Assembly: GCA_947500825.1 (NCBI GenBank)
Contig: CANMTR010000013.1
Span: 5,889-69,888, forward strand
From: an uncultured Rhodobacteraceae bacterium
GTDB lineage: Bacteria > Pseudomonadota > Alphaproteobacteria > Rhodobacterales > Rhodobacteraceae
Direction: 5' to 3'
DNA: 64,000 bases
The notes under the pieces were generated by a model. It made no database searches and was not told where the DNA came from. It saw only the letters and a list, made by a program, of their open reading frames with translations. The position numbers were made by a program, and so were the translations under genes. How positions within the stretch are numbered: the stretch's first letter is position 1; every line of letters starts with the position of its first letter. Positions 34,956 to 44,885 of the stretch are shown here, piece after piece.

Positions 34956-36268
34956 GCTTCTTCGGATCGCTCTCGGGCATGCCCATCGCCGACGCGACGC
35001 TCCTGATGTTCGGGATGCTGATCGCGCTCCTTGTCACGGGCATCCCGCTGGCCTTCGTCACGCTTCTCGTCGCGCTTTTCTTCGCGCTCGGGTGGTTCGG
35101 GCCGATGGCGGTGCCGCTCATCACCTCCCGCGTGTATTCCTTCGTCAACTCGTTCGTCTTCGTCTCGGTGCCGATGTTCGTGCTGATGGCCGCGATCCTC
35201 GACCGGTCGGGGATCGCGCGCGACCTCTTCGACGCCATGCGCCTCGTGGGCGGGCGGCTCAGGGGGGGCGTGGGCATCCAGACGATCATCGTGGCGGTGA
35301 TCCTGGCGGCCATGTCGGGCATCATCGGGGGCGAGATCGTGCTCCTGGGCCTGATCGCGCTGCCGCAGATGCTGCGCCTGGGCTACGACCGGGACCTGGC
35401 CATCGGCGTCGTGTGCGCGGGTGGCGCGCTGGGGACCATGGTGCCGCCCTCGATCGTGCTGATCATCTATGGCCTGGCCGCGAACGTCTCCATCGGGGAC
35501 CTGTTCCTGTCGGCCTTCGTGCCGGGGCTGATGCTGGCGGGCTTCTACGCCACCTATGTCGTGATCCGGGGCTGGTGGAACCCCAACGCGGCGCCCGCGC
35601 TCGAGGGCGAGGACGTGCCCATGGCCGAGAAGCTGCGCCTGCTGAAGGGGCTGGTGCTGCCGATCCTGGTCGTGGCCGCGGTGATGGGCTCCATCTACGG
35701 CGGGATCGCGAGCGTGACCGAGGCCTCGGCCGTCGGCGTGGCGGGCGTGCTGCTGTCGACCCTGATCCGGGGGGAGCTGACCTTCGACCTGGTCAAGGAC
35801 GCCTCGATGCGCACGCTGCAGACCGTGGGCATGATCGTGTGGATCGGCATCGGCGCCTCGGCCATCGTGGGCGTGTTCAACCTGATGGGCGGGATCGACT
35901 TCGTCTCGGGGCTGCTGACGGGCATCAGCGACAACCGCTACGTCGTGCTGCTGACGATGATGGGCATCCTGTTCGTGCTGGGCATGTTCCTCGACTGGGT
36001 GGGGATCGCGCTGCTAACGATCCCGATCTTCATCCCCATCGTGCGCGAGCTCGGCTTCGACCCGGTGTGGTTCGGGGTGCTGTTCGCGCTCAACATGCAG
36101 GTGAGCTTCCTGTCGCCCCCCTTCGGACCGGCCGCGTTCTACCTCAAGTCGGTGGCGCCGCCCGATATCGGGCTGGGCGAAATCTTCAAGGCGCTGCTGC
36201 CCTTCATCGGGCTGCAGATCCTGGCCCTGGCCATCGTGCTGATCTTTCCCGGGATCACCGGGCGGTAG
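34952..36268 (+). CDS. dctM: TRAP transporter large permease (DctM)
   Basis: Starts at an ATGA overlap with the dctQ stop. 438 aa, multi-TM, DctM-type sequence. Confidence 0.9.
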   Translation: MSFFGSLSGMPIADATLLMFGMLIALLVTGIPLAFVTLLVALFFALGWFGPMAVPLITSRVYSFVNSFVFVSVPMFVLMAAILDRSGIARDLFDAMRLVGGRLRGGVGIQTIIVAVILAAMSGIIGGEIVLLGLIALPQMLRLGYDRDLAIGVVCAGGALGTMVPPSIVLIIYGLAANVSIGDLFLSAFVPGLMLAGFYATYVVIRGWWNPNAAPALEGEDVPMAEKLRLLKGLVLPILVVAAVMGSIYGGIASVTEASAVGVAGVLLSTLIRGELTFDLVKDASMRTLQTVGMIVWIGIGASAIVGVFNLMGGIDFVSGLLTGISDNRYVVLLTMMGILFVLGMFLDWVGIALLTIPIFIPIVRELGFDPVWFGVLFALNMQVSFLSPPFGPAAFYLKSVAPPDIGLGEIFKALLPFIGLQILALAIVLIFPGITGR

Positions 36269-36271
36269 GTC

Positions 36272-36658
36272 TTACCAGATCCGCTCGGGCGGGCCCTCGG
36301 GCAACGTGTCGAGGGTCGCGTCCTTCGACACGAGCGCCGTGCGGTGGAGAAGGGCGGTGGCCACGATCAGCCGGTCGAACGGGTCGCGATGGGCCCAGTC
36401 GAAGCTGCCCGCCCGCTCCATCACGGCGCCGGTGGCGGGCAGCACCTCGATCCCCATCGCCTCCAGCCGCCGGGCGAGGCCAGGGCGGGCATGGGGGACG
36501 ACCTCGGGCCATTTGCCGATCCCCGCCTTGTAGGTGATCTCGTAGAGGCTCGCCGCGCTGATCGCGCGGGGGCCGGCGGCGATGGCGTCCCGGGCGGGGC
36601 GCGAAAGGAGGTCGGGCGCCATCAGCGCCCAGATCGCGACATGGGTGTCGAGGAGCAT
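36272..36658 (-). CDS. vapC: PIN-domain toxin (VapC family)
   Basis: 128 aa. MLLDTHVAIW...DPFDRLIVATAL supplies the acidic PIN residues. Lies downstream of a small antitoxin gene. Confidence 0.85.
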   Translation of the reverse strand: MLLDTHVAIWALMAPDLLSRPARDAIAAGPRAISAASLYEITYKAGIGKWPEVVPHARPGLARRLEAMGIEVLPATGAVMERAGSFDWAHRDPFDRLIVATALLHRTALVSKDATLDTLPEGPPERIW

Positions 36659-36664
36659 GGGCGC

Positions 36665-36892
36665 TCAGAGGCCCATCCCGTCCAACGTCGCCTCGTCGGT
36701 GGGATCGGCCATGCGCTCCAGCCCGGTGCCGCGCGCCTCCCAGGCGCCGAAGGGAAAGGCCGTGGCGGTGCGGGCGGGAACGCAGTCGATCACCGGCTTG
36801 CCGTTGCGGCAGATGGTGACGCTCTCGCCGCGTTCGACGGCGGCGACGAGCTTGGAGAACTGGGTCTTGGCGTCGTGGATGTTGAACTGCAC
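36665..36892 (-). CDS. Phd/YefM-type antitoxin
   Basis: 75 aa. MQFNIHDAKTQFSKLVAAVERGESVTICRNGKPV. There is a 6-nt gap to vapC. Confidence 0.8.
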   Translation of the reverse strand: MQFNIHDAKTQFSKLVAAVERGESVTICRNGKPVIDCVPARTATAFPFGAWEARGTGLERMADPTDEATLDGMGL

Positions 36893-36968
36893 GGGTCTGC
36901 CTCCGGGGCCGGGTAGACCAACCTAGTCTGTCCGGCCCCGGCGCGTCAAGATCGCTGGCGCGTCAGGG

Positions 36969-38759
36969 TCATTGGCCGAGGGCGATGCCCTCGCGGCGGG
37001 GGTCGGCGCCGCCGCGCAGGGTCTCGCCGATCTCGATCGCGTGGAGGCCCGAGGTCAGGTCGCGCACCTCGGTTTCGAAGCCCAGCTCCTGCAACGGACC
37101 GGCGAGCTCCTCCATCGGCGTGCCCGCCTCGAGGTCGAAGGTGCCGAAGCGGTTGACGGCGTGGGGGGCGCCGAGGGCCTCCTGAACGTTCATGCCGAAA
37201 TCCACGTGGTTGATTATGGCCTGGGCCACGTAGCCGATGATCCGGCTGCCGCCGGGCGACCCGATGGCCAGGACCGGCGCGCCGTCCTGCATCACGATGG
37301 TGGGCGACATGGACGAGCGCGGCCGCTTGCCCGGCTCCACCCGATTGGCGATGGGGCGGCCGTCCTCGTGGGTGGCGAAGGAAAAGTCCGTCAGCTCGTT
37401 GTTCAGGAGGAACCCGCCCGGCGCCATGAGCCGCGAGCCGAAGCCGTTCTCGATCGTGGTGGTCATGGAGAGCACGTTGCCGTCCGCGTCCACGATGGAG
37501 ACGTGGCTGGTGGAGGGCAGCTCGATCGACCGGTCCGGGGCCCAGTCCATGGCGTGGGACCATTCGGGATCGCCGGCCGAGACCTCGGGCAGCGCGTCGT
37601 CGCCCGCGAGGAGTTCGGCGCGGGAGGCGAGGTAGTCCGCGTCCACCAGCCCCTCGGTGGGCATGGGGACGAAGTCGCTGTCGGCCATGTAGAGGCCCCG
37701 GTCGGCGAAGGCGAGGCGCGAGGCGTCGCCAAGAAGACGCAGCGCCTCGGGATCGTCCGGGGCGAGGCTGGCGATGTCGGTGTTGTCGAGCATCCCCAGG
37801 ATCTGGCCCACGGTCAGCGCGCCCGAGGACGGCGGACCCATCCCGCAGACGTCGCGGCCGCGGTAGGCAGCGCAGACGGCCGCGCGTTCGACAGGGGCGT
37901 AGATGGCGAGGTCGGTCATCGACAGGACACCCGGATTGCTCTCGGCCCCCTGCACGATGTCGACGATGCCCTGGGCGATCTCGCCCGTGTAGAAGGTGCC
38001 CGCGCCCTCGGTCGCGATCGCCTCCAGCGTGTCGGCATAGGCGGTGTTGGTCAGGGTGTCGCCCGCCGCGATGGCCTCGCCGCCGGGGTAGAAGTAGTCG
38101 GCGGTGGCGGAGAAGCGCGTCAGGCGGTCGCGGTCCTCGTCCACCAGCCCGGCGAGGCGTGGCGAGACGGCGAAGCCCTCCCGCGCGAGCCGCGTCGCGT
38201 CGTCGAAGAGGCCGGCCCAGTCGAGATTGCCCCACTTGTCATGGGCCATCTGCATGAGCGCGGGCGTGCCGGGCGTGCCCACCGAGCGGCCGCCCACGAC
38301 ACCCTCGTAGAACTCCAGCGGCTCGCCGTCCTCGTCCTGGAAAAGTTGCGGCGTGGCGTCGAGGGGCGCGGTCTCGCGCCCGTCGAGGGTGGTCAGCGCA
38401 CCCTCTTCGGCGTCGTACCAGACCAGGAACGCGCCACCGCCCAAGCCGGAGGATTGCGGCTCCACCAGGCCCAGGACGGTCTGCACCGCGACCATGGCAT
38501 CGGCGGCCGACCCGCCGGCCTCGAGCACCTTGGCGCCGGCCTCCACCGCGACGGGGTTGGCGGCGGCGACCATCCAGTCCTGGGCCTCCACCGGCTCCCC
38601 GGCCTCCTTGCGTTCGAGCGCCGCGCGGACGCGCTCGGGAAGGTCGGCGAACGCCTCCGCGCCGGTCTCTGACGCGGCCTCGGGATCGACGGCGTCGGCG
38701 CTCTGCTGGGCGTGGAGCGGGTGCGCGGCAAGGACGAGGACCGGCAGGAGATAGCGCAT
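36969..38759 (-). CDS. ggt: Gamma-glutamyltransferase
   Basis: Within the ORF 36969..39209, from MRYLLPVLVLAAHPLHAQ (signal peptide). Contains GGSAADAMVA and the autoprocessing site STSHVSIVD. Confidence 0.9.
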   Translation of the reverse strand: MRYLLPVLVLAAHPLHAQQSADAVDPEAASETGAEAFADLPERVRAALERKEAGEPVEAQDWMVAAANPVAVEAGAKVLEAGGSAADAMVAVQTVLGLVEPQSSGLGGGAFLVWYDAEEGALTTLDGRETAPLDATPQLFQDEDGEPLEFYEGVVGGRSVGTPGTPALMQMAHDKWGNLDWAGLFDDATRLAREGFAVSPRLAGLVDEDRDRLTRFSATADYFYPGGEAIAAGDTLTNTAYADTLEAIATEGAGTFYTGEIAQGIVDIVQGAESNPGVLSMTDLAIYAPVERAAVCAAYRGRDVCGMGPPSSGALTVGQILGMLDNTDIASLAPDDPEALRLLGDASRLAFADRGLYMADSDFVPMPTEGLVDADYLASRAELLAGDDALPEVSAGDPEWSHAMDWAPDRSIELPSTSHVSIVDADGNVLSMTTTIENGFGSRLMAPGGFLLNNELTDFSFATHEDGRPIANRVEPGKRPRSSMSPTIVMQDGAPVLAIGSPGGSRIIGYVAQAIINHVDFGMNVQEALGAPHAVNRFGTFDLEAGTPMEELAGPLQELGFETEVRDLTSGLHAIEIGETLRGGADPRREGIALGQ

Positions 38760-38971
38760 GGGAGCCTCCGTGAGTGATGGGACCGACAACCTGTGGCAGA
38801 TCGCCGCGCGGGCAAGTGACGGGAGCGGCGTGCGCCGGTATCGCGCGGCGTAAAGGTCTGCCGGGGCAGGATGCGGGGGCCGGTGGAGCCGCGCAGAGGT
38901 GGCGGCTCCCGGTCCGGGGGCGCGCCGGGACGGACGGGGACCGATCCCCGCCGTCCCGGCGCTGGCCGCCC

Positions 38972-39397
38972 TCAGCCCTGCAGGTCGAGGACGAGGTGGG
39001 TCTGGGTCGTGACGGCCGCGACCTTGCCGTCCTCGCGGGTGAGCGTGATCTGGAGAACGATGGTGGTGCGCCCGGCATGGAGCGGCACGCAGGTGGCGGT
39101 GAGCGTGTCGCCCAACGCAACGCTGCGCAGGAAGTTGGTCTTGGCCTCGACGGTGGTGTTGGAGCGGTCCTCGGGAATGTTGATGAAGGCGGCCGTCCCG
39201 GCGGCGCAATCGGCCAGGGCCATGATCGCGCCGCCGTGCAGGACGCCGTTGCGATTGGCGTGCTGCGCGGTCACCTCCATGCGGCAGACCACGCGGTCGG
39301 GGGCCACATGCAGGACCTCGACCCCGCAGGCCTCGCCGAAGGCCGATTGCGCCGGCACGGCCGAGAGCGGGCGGGCGCCGTCCGACCCTTCCATCAC
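38972..39397 (-). CDS. PaaI/hotdog-fold thioesterase
   Basis: 141 aa. Contains NRNGVLHGGAIMALADCAAG, typical of the PaaI family. Confidence 0.8.
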   Translation of the reverse strand: MMEGSDGARPLSAVPAQSAFGEACGVEVLHVAPDRVVCRMEVTAQHANRNGVLHGGAIMALADCAAGTAAFINIPEDRSNTTVEAKTNFLRSVALGDTLTATCVPLHAGRTTIVLQITLTREDGKVAAVTTQTHLVLDLQG

Positions 39398-39580
39398 GCG
39401 GTCCCGCGAAGACGGGGGGCGGGGGGGCGATGGCAGGTCATCGGCGGTCCTTCCTCATGCTGCATGCGCGCCCCTCATAGAGGCCCCGGGACGGTGAGGT
39501 AAACGCCGCTCCCCCGGCAGGCCATTGCACGGGCGCGGTCCTGCGGTAATCTGGGCCGCGGTCCGGCGGGGGAGACGGCC

Positions 39581-41386
39581 ATGGAACCGATCGACTACCT
39601 GGTCGCGCTGGAGCCCTGGGCGGCCCTGTCGCCGGGCGACCGCGCGCGGCTGGCCGGCGCGCTGGAGCGGCGCGACTTCGCCGCAGACGACGGCCTCTTC
39701 GAGGCGGGCGAGATGCCGCCCGGCGTGTTCGTGCTGACCTCGGGGCAGGTGCGGGTCACCGACGGGAGCGGAGCCGTCCTGTCGGAGATCGGGCCCGGCG
39801 CGGCGGTGGGGGGACGGCGCCTGCTGCGCGACGCGCCCAACCCGCTTTCGGCCCGCGCGATCGAGGGCGGCAGCGCGCTGGTCGTGCCCGCCGGGCTGTT
39901 CCGCGAACTGGCGCGGGACTATGCGCCCGTGCGCGACTTCTTTCGCATCGACGCGCCGGCCAGGACGCGGCCGCGCAGCCTGGTCACCACGCGGGTGGCC
40001 GAGCTGATGACGCCCGGCCCCCTGGCCGTACCGCCGGCGACCACCGTGCGCGCCGCCGCGCAGGCCATGCGGAAGGCGGGCGTGTCGTCGGTACTGGTGG
40101 GCGAGGACGGCGCGCTGGCCGGCATCCTGACGGTGCGCGACGTCTCCTCCCGGGTGACGGCGGAGGGGCGCGACCCCGCCTGCCCCGTGCGGGAGGTGAT
40201 GACCGCCGACCCGGTGGCGCTGCCGCCCGGGGCGCTGGGATCGGACGTGCTGCACCTGATGATGGAGCGCGGGATCAGCCACGTCCCCATCGTGGACGGC
40301 GGCCGGATCGTGGGCGTGGTCAGCAAGACCGACCTCACCCGGGTGCAGGCGGAAAGCTCGGGCGAGGTGATCGGGGACGCGGCCGCCGCGGGCGACGTGG
40401 CGGAGCTGGCGCGGGTCACCGCGCGCATCCCCGACCTGCTGGCGCAGCTCGTGGGCGCGGGCAACCGCCACGAGGTCGTGACCCGCTGCGTGACGGACGT
40501 GGCCGACGCGGTGACGCGCCGCCTGCTGGCGCTCGCGGAGGCGAAGCTGGGCCCGCCGCCCGTGCCCTATCTGTGGGCCGCCTGCGGCAGCCAGGGGCGG
40601 CAGGAACAGACCGGCGTGTCGGACCAGGACAACGTGCTGATCCTGTCCGACGACGTGTCCGAGGCGGACGACGCCTATTTCGCGGACCTGGCGCGGATCG
40701 TGTCTGACGGCCTTCATGCCTGCGGATACGTCTATTGCCCCGGCGACATGATGGCGACGAACCCGCGCTGGCGCCGCCCTGCGACGGACTGGCGGCGCTA
40801 CTTCCTGGACTGGATCGCGCGACCGGGCCCGGAGGCGCGGATGCTGGCCTCGGTCATGTTCGACCTGCGGCCCGTGGGCGGGGCGCGGGACCTGTTCGAG
40901 GGGCTGGCGGGCGAGACGCTGGAGGCCGCCGCGCGCAACTCGATCTTCGCCGCGCACATGACGGGACAGGCGCTGACCCACCAGCCGCCCCTGGGCTTCT
41001 GGCGGGGGCTCGCCACCAGGCGCTCGGGCGCCCATCGCGACACGATCGACATGAAGATGTCGGGGGTAGTGCCGATCATCGACCTGGCGCGCATCTACGC
41101 GATCCGGGGCGGTCTGCCCCCCGTCAACAGCCGCGCCCGGATCGAGGCGGCGCGACAGGCCGGGACGGTCTCGGGCAAGGGGGGGCGCGACCTGCTCGAC
41201 GCCTACGACGTGATCGCGGAGGCCCGGCTGGAGCACCAGGCCGCCCAGATCCGCGAGGGGCACGCGCCCGACAACTTCATGGCGCCGGGACGGCTCAGCC
41301 CGTTCGAGCGCAGCCACCTGCGCGACGCGTTCCTGGTGGTCAGGACCATGCAATCGGCCGCCGGGCAGCGCCGGGGCGTGCTGTGA
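39581..41386 (+). CDS. cNMP-binding + CBS pair + DUF294 nucleotidyltransferase signalling protein
   Basis: 601 aa. N-terminal cNMP-binding-like region (GVFVLTSGQVRV...IGPGAAVGG), then two CBS motifs, then a pol-beta-type NT motif (ACGSQGRQEQTGVSDQDNVLIL), then a DUF294_C-like tail. Confidence 0.8.
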   Translation: MEPIDYLVALEPWAALSPGDRARLAGALERRDFAADDGLFEAGEMPPGVFVLTSGQVRVTDGSGAVLSEIGPGAAVGGRRLLRDAPNPLSARAIEGGSALVVPAGLFRELARDYAPVRDFFRIDAPARTRPRSLVTTRVAELMTPGPLAVPPATTVRAAAQAMRKAGVSSVLVGEDGALAGILTVRDVSSRVTAEGRDPACPVREVMTADPVALPPGALGSDVLHLMMERGISHVPIVDGGRIVGVVSKTDLTRVQAESSGEVIGDAAAAGDVAELARVTARIPDLLAQLVGAGNRHEVVTRCVTDVADAVTRRLLALAEAKLGPPPVPYLWAACGSQGRQEQTGVSDQDNVLILSDDVSEADDAYFADLARIVSDGLHACGYVYCPGDMMATNPRWRRPATDWRRYFLDWIARPGPEARMLASVMFDLRPVGGARDLFEGLAGETLEAAARNSIFAAHMTGQALTHQPPLGFWRGLATRRSGAHRDTIDMKMSGVVPIIDLARIYAIRGGLPPVNSRARIEAARQAGTVSGKGGRDLLDAYDVIAEARLEHQAAQIREGHAPDNFMAPGRLSPFERSHLRDAFLVVRTMQSAAGQRRGVL

Positions 41387-41392
41387 GCGCCC

Positions 41393-42778
41393 GTGCGACG
41401 TAGGCTCGCCCTGGGCGCGGCCGCCGCGGCGCTGGGGCTGGTGGCGGCAGCCGCCGCCGGTGCGGCCCTGGTGCTGAACGGGCCGGGCGGGGGTGGCGGC
41501 GCGGTCGTGGCCCAGGCGGGGGCCACCGCCTTCGGCGGCGTGCTGGTGGTGGCGGCGGCCTGGCGCTGGCTGGACGCGCGGGTCGCCCTGCCCGCCGAGC
41601 GGCTCGCCGCCGAGTTGCGCGCGCGCTGCCACGGGGGCGTGACCGGACCGCTGGAGGCGGAGGCCTGGGGCGCCATGGGCGACCTCGGCCCGGCGACCTC
41701 GGCGCTGGCCCTGCAACTCGCCCGCGAACGGGCCGACCGGGAGGCGCGCCTGCGCGCGGCGACCGAGGCGCTGGAAGCCGAACGCCGCGACCTGGTGGAG
41801 ACGCTGTCGGAGATCCCGGTGGCGATCCTGGTGGTGGACGGCGACGACCGGCTCAGGCTCTACGACCGGCAGTCGAGCCATGCCCTGAGCGCGGTGGCGA
41901 CGCTGGCCCTGGGGCGCTCGATCTTCGACTACCTGGAGCGGGAGGCGGTCGGCGACGCGCTGGCCGCGCTCGATGCCGGGCCGGCGGGCGGCTTCGTCGA
42001 CAGGGACCTGCCCAAGGCGGACGGGTCGGGGTGCTTGCGCGCGCGGGTGCGGCGGCTGTCGGGCGGGCGCGGGTTCGTGCTGGCAATCGAGGCGGGAGAC
42101 GCGATCCCCGCCGAGCGGCCGCTGGTCTTCGACTTCTCGGCCCTTCCCGAGGACGGCGGCGCGGTGATGGAGCGCCCGCTGGCGGACCTGACCTACGTGG
42201 TGGTGGACACCGAGACGACCGGGCTCGACCCCGCGCGGGACGCGCTGGTCCAGATCGCGGCGGTCCGGGGGATGAAGGGGCGCCGCATCGCTGGCGAGAC
42301 CTTCGAGACGCTGGTCGATCCGGGCCGTCCGATCCCCGGCGCGGCAAGCCGCATCCACGGGATCACCGACGAGCGGGTGGCGGGCGCGCCGGGGCCGATC
42401 CCGGCCATCGCGGCGCTGCACCACTTCGCCCGGGGCGCGGTACTGGTGGCGCACAACGCGCCGTTCGACCTGGCCTTCCTGCGCCGGCAGGGGGCGGGCA
42501 TCCGCTTCGACCACCCGGTGCTCGACACGGTGCTGCTGTCCGCGGCCGTCTGGGGACAGGGCGTGCCCCACACGCTCGACGCCATCGCCGAGCGGCTGGA
42601 GGTGGACCTGCCCGCCGGCCTGCGACACACGGCGCCGGGCGACGCCCAAGCCACCGCCGACGTCCTGTTCCGCCTGCTCGGCATCCTGGAGGGGCGCGGT
42701 GTCGCGACCTTCGGCGACGCGGTGGGGGCCATGCGGCGCCACGAGCGCCTGTTCAGGGACCCGAACCGCGACGCCTGA
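41393..42778 (+). CDS. Membrane-anchored sensor-like protein with C-terminal DEDDh (DnaQ-like) 3'-5' exonuclease domain
   Basis: GTG start 6 nt after the upstream stop. Hydrophobic, Gly-rich N-terminus with a central PAS-like region. Exo motifs VVVDTETTGLD, LVAHNAPFDLAFL and HTAPGDAQATADV. Confidence 0.75.
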   Translation: MRRRLALGAAAAALGLVAAAAAGAALVLNGPGGGGGAVVAQAGATAFGGVLVVAAAWRWLDARVALPAERLAAELRARCHGGVTGPLEAEAWGAMGDLGPATSALALQLARERADREARLRAATEALEAERRDLVETLSEIPVAILVVDGDDRLRLYDRQSSHALSAVATLALGRSIFDYLEREAVGDALAALDAGPAGGFVDRDLPKADGSGCLRARVRRLSGGRGFVLAIEAGDAIPAERPLVFDFSALPEDGGAVMERPLADLTYVVVDTETTGLDPARDALVQIAAVRGMKGRRIAGETFETLVDPGRPIPGAASRIHGITDERVAGAPGPIPAIAALHHFARGAVLVAHNAPFDLAFLRRQGAGIRFDHPVLDTVLLSAAVWGQGVPHTLDAIAERLEVDLPAGLRHTAPGDAQATADVLFRLLGILEGRGVATFGDAVGAMRRHERLFRDPNRDA

Positions 42779-42781
42779 GGA

Positions 42782-44797
42782 TCACACGAGCTTGCGCGGG
42801 ATGCTCTCGCGCCAGGAGACGTCGCGCACCACTTCCTCGCCCTCGGTGGCGCGCAGGCTGGCCTCGATCTCCCACGAGTCCCGCGTGGCCCAGAGCCGGG
42901 TCTTGGTCACGGTGACCACTTCCCAGTCCTCGCGGCGCATGACGTGGGTCCAGGTGACCTGCCCCTCGGCGGAGAGGACGTCGTCGGGCAGGACGGAGTA
43001 GGTCTCCACCCCTTCGGCGGAATGGAACAGGTCCTGCCCCTCGATATGGGCGCCGCCCTCGTGATCGCGCACGTGGACGGTGATGCGGCCCGTGTCCATG
43101 TCCTGGGAGACCGACCATTCGGACTGGGGCGGCTCCTCCATGGTCTGGGGCAGCGGCGCGGCCGCGCGGGGCGGGCCGAAATCGCCGGGCTTGGACGTGC
43201 CGGGCTCGCGCACCGGCAGCGACAGGGCGGTGCCCTCCAGGTGAACGCGCATGGTGACGGGCTCGGGCGTCGGCCAGGCCAGCGGGAAGTAGCTGGTGGA
43301 GATGCCGACCCTGATCCTGTGGCCTTTGCGGAAGGTCTGGGCCACGTGCTTCATCGGCACACGCACGGTGTAGGTGCGGCCCGGCTCGAGCGCCTCGGGC
43401 TCGGCGTGGCTGTCGCGGTGGGTGAGGTTGAAGAGCCCGTAGCTGACCCGCGTGGCCGCGCCGCCCGGCGCCACGTCGCTGAGGCGCACGGCCACCTGGG
43501 CCACGGGGCGGTCCACCTCGAAGGTGAGGTTCAGGCTCGGATCGCCCGCGATCTCCACCGCCGTCTCGAGGGGGTCGGTCTGGAACGTGATCGACCCGGC
43601 GTCGTCGTGGCGCTGGTCGCCCGGCTGGTCTCCGGGATGGGCGTAGGAGCACCACTTGCCGCCATGCATGCCCACCCACAGGGGCGAGGAGATCTCGACC
43701 GAGCCGGTGCCCGCCTCGGCCCCGGCGCGCAAGCCGCCATCGGAGCCGAGCGCGTAGTCGGTGCGGGTGACGTTGGGCGAGGGCCAGGCGCCTTCGGTGA
43801 TCCAGCGCCCGTCGCGGTAGTCGTAATGGGTCGCCGGCTCGGCATGGTCCTGCATGTAGAGACGCAGGGGCGGCTCCTCCATGATGCCGGTGTCGCGGCC
43901 CTTGAGCCACTGGTCCCACCAGCGCGTCTCCTCGGTGAGCCAGTCGATGGCGGGCCCGGGCTCGCCCAGGTGGGGATACTTGTGCGACCAGGGGCCGACG
44001 ATGCCCTTGGCGGGGGATTCGAGGTTCTCCACCAGGCGGAACACGGCGCGGCAATAGCCGTCGGCCCAGCCCGAGACGGCATAGACCGGCACCTGGATGT
44101 CGGCGTAGTTCTCGCAGACCGAGCCGTGGCGCCAGTAGGCGTCGCGATGCTGGTGACGCAGCCACTTCTTCAGCCACAGGCCGGCGCCGTCGAGCCTGTC
44201 CTCCCACATGCCCCGCCAGCGGTCGCCCACGTGGATGGGGTCGGGCGGCAGGGTGTTGATGCCGAACATGATCGACGCCCAGGAGAGCTGGTCCACCAGC
44301 ATGGTGCCGCCCATCCAGTGGATGTCGTCGGCATAGCGGTCGTCGGTGGAGCAGATCGTGACCACGGCCTTGAGCGCGGGGGGCCGCAGGGCGGCGAGCT
44401 GCAACCCGTTGAAGCCGCCCCAGGAGATGCCCACGATCCCCACGCCGCCGTCGCACCAGTCCTGCTCGGCGAGCCAGGCGATCACGTCGCAGCCGTCCCG
44501 CAGCTCGACCTGGGTATACTCGTCGGTCATCACCCCTTCGGATTCGCCGCAGCCGCGCAGATCGACGCGGACATAGGCGTAGCCCTGCCCGGCAAGCCAC
44601 GGCGCGCGGGCGAAGTCGCGTTCCAGCGTCTTGTCGTTCTTGCGATAGGGGATGTATTCGAGGATCGCGGGGACGGGATTGTCCTTGGCGTCCTCGGGCA
44701 TCCAGATGCGCGCGGCGAGCTTGGTGCCGTCCTCGACCGGGATCTCGAAATGCTCGATCTCCCGGACGTTGCTGGTCAGGTCGTGGTCGATCTTCAT
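42782..44797 (-). CDS. CocE/NonD family (peptidase S15-like) alpha/beta hydrolase
   Basis: 671 aa. IPYRKND, nucleophile elbow GISWGG, and a C-terminal PepX_C-like beta domain. Confidence 0.85.
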   Translation of the reverse strand: MKIDHDLTSNVREIEHFEIPVEDGTKLAARIWMPEDAKDNPVPAILEYIPYRKNDKTLERDFARAPWLAGQGYAYVRVDLRGCGESEGVMTDEYTQVELRDGCDVIAWLAEQDWCDGGVGIVGISWGGFNGLQLAALRPPALKAVVTICSTDDRYADDIHWMGGTMLVDQLSWASIMFGINTLPPDPIHVGDRWRGMWEDRLDGAGLWLKKWLRHQHRDAYWRHGSVCENYADIQVPVYAVSGWADGYCRAVFRLVENLESPAKGIVGPWSHKYPHLGEPGPAIDWLTEETRWWDQWLKGRDTGIMEEPPLRLYMQDHAEPATHYDYRDGRWITEGAWPSPNVTRTDYALGSDGGLRAGAEAGTGSVEISSPLWVGMHGGKWCSYAHPGDQPGDQRHDDAGSITFQTDPLETAVEIAGDPSLNLTFEVDRPVAQVAVRLSDVAPGGAATRVSYGLFNLTHRDSHAEPEALEPGRTYTVRVPMKHVAQTFRKGHRIRVGISTSYFPLAWPTPEPVTMRVHLEGTALSLPVREPGTSKPGDFGPPRAAAPLPQTMEEPPQSEWSVSQDMDTGRITVHVRDHEGGAHIEGQDLFHSAEGVETYSVLPDDVLSAEGQVTWTHVMRREDWEVVTVTKTRLWATRDSWEIEASLRATEGEEVVRDVSWRESIPRKLV

Positions 44798-44885
44798 GAT
44801 GGGGCCGCCGGGTGAGTGGTATCGCGGCCGAAGGCTATGGCGCGGCGCCGCGGCCTTGTCCAGTGGCCGCGGCGTGTCGCCCTGG

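Noticed and set aside
39455-42742. 1095-aa ORF on the minus strand spanning the DUF294 and exonuclease genes
   Set aside because: It is antisense to two ORFs with clear domain content. Its translation is Arg/Gly/Pro/His-rich with no recognisable motif. This is a typical shadow ORF of a high-GC genome.
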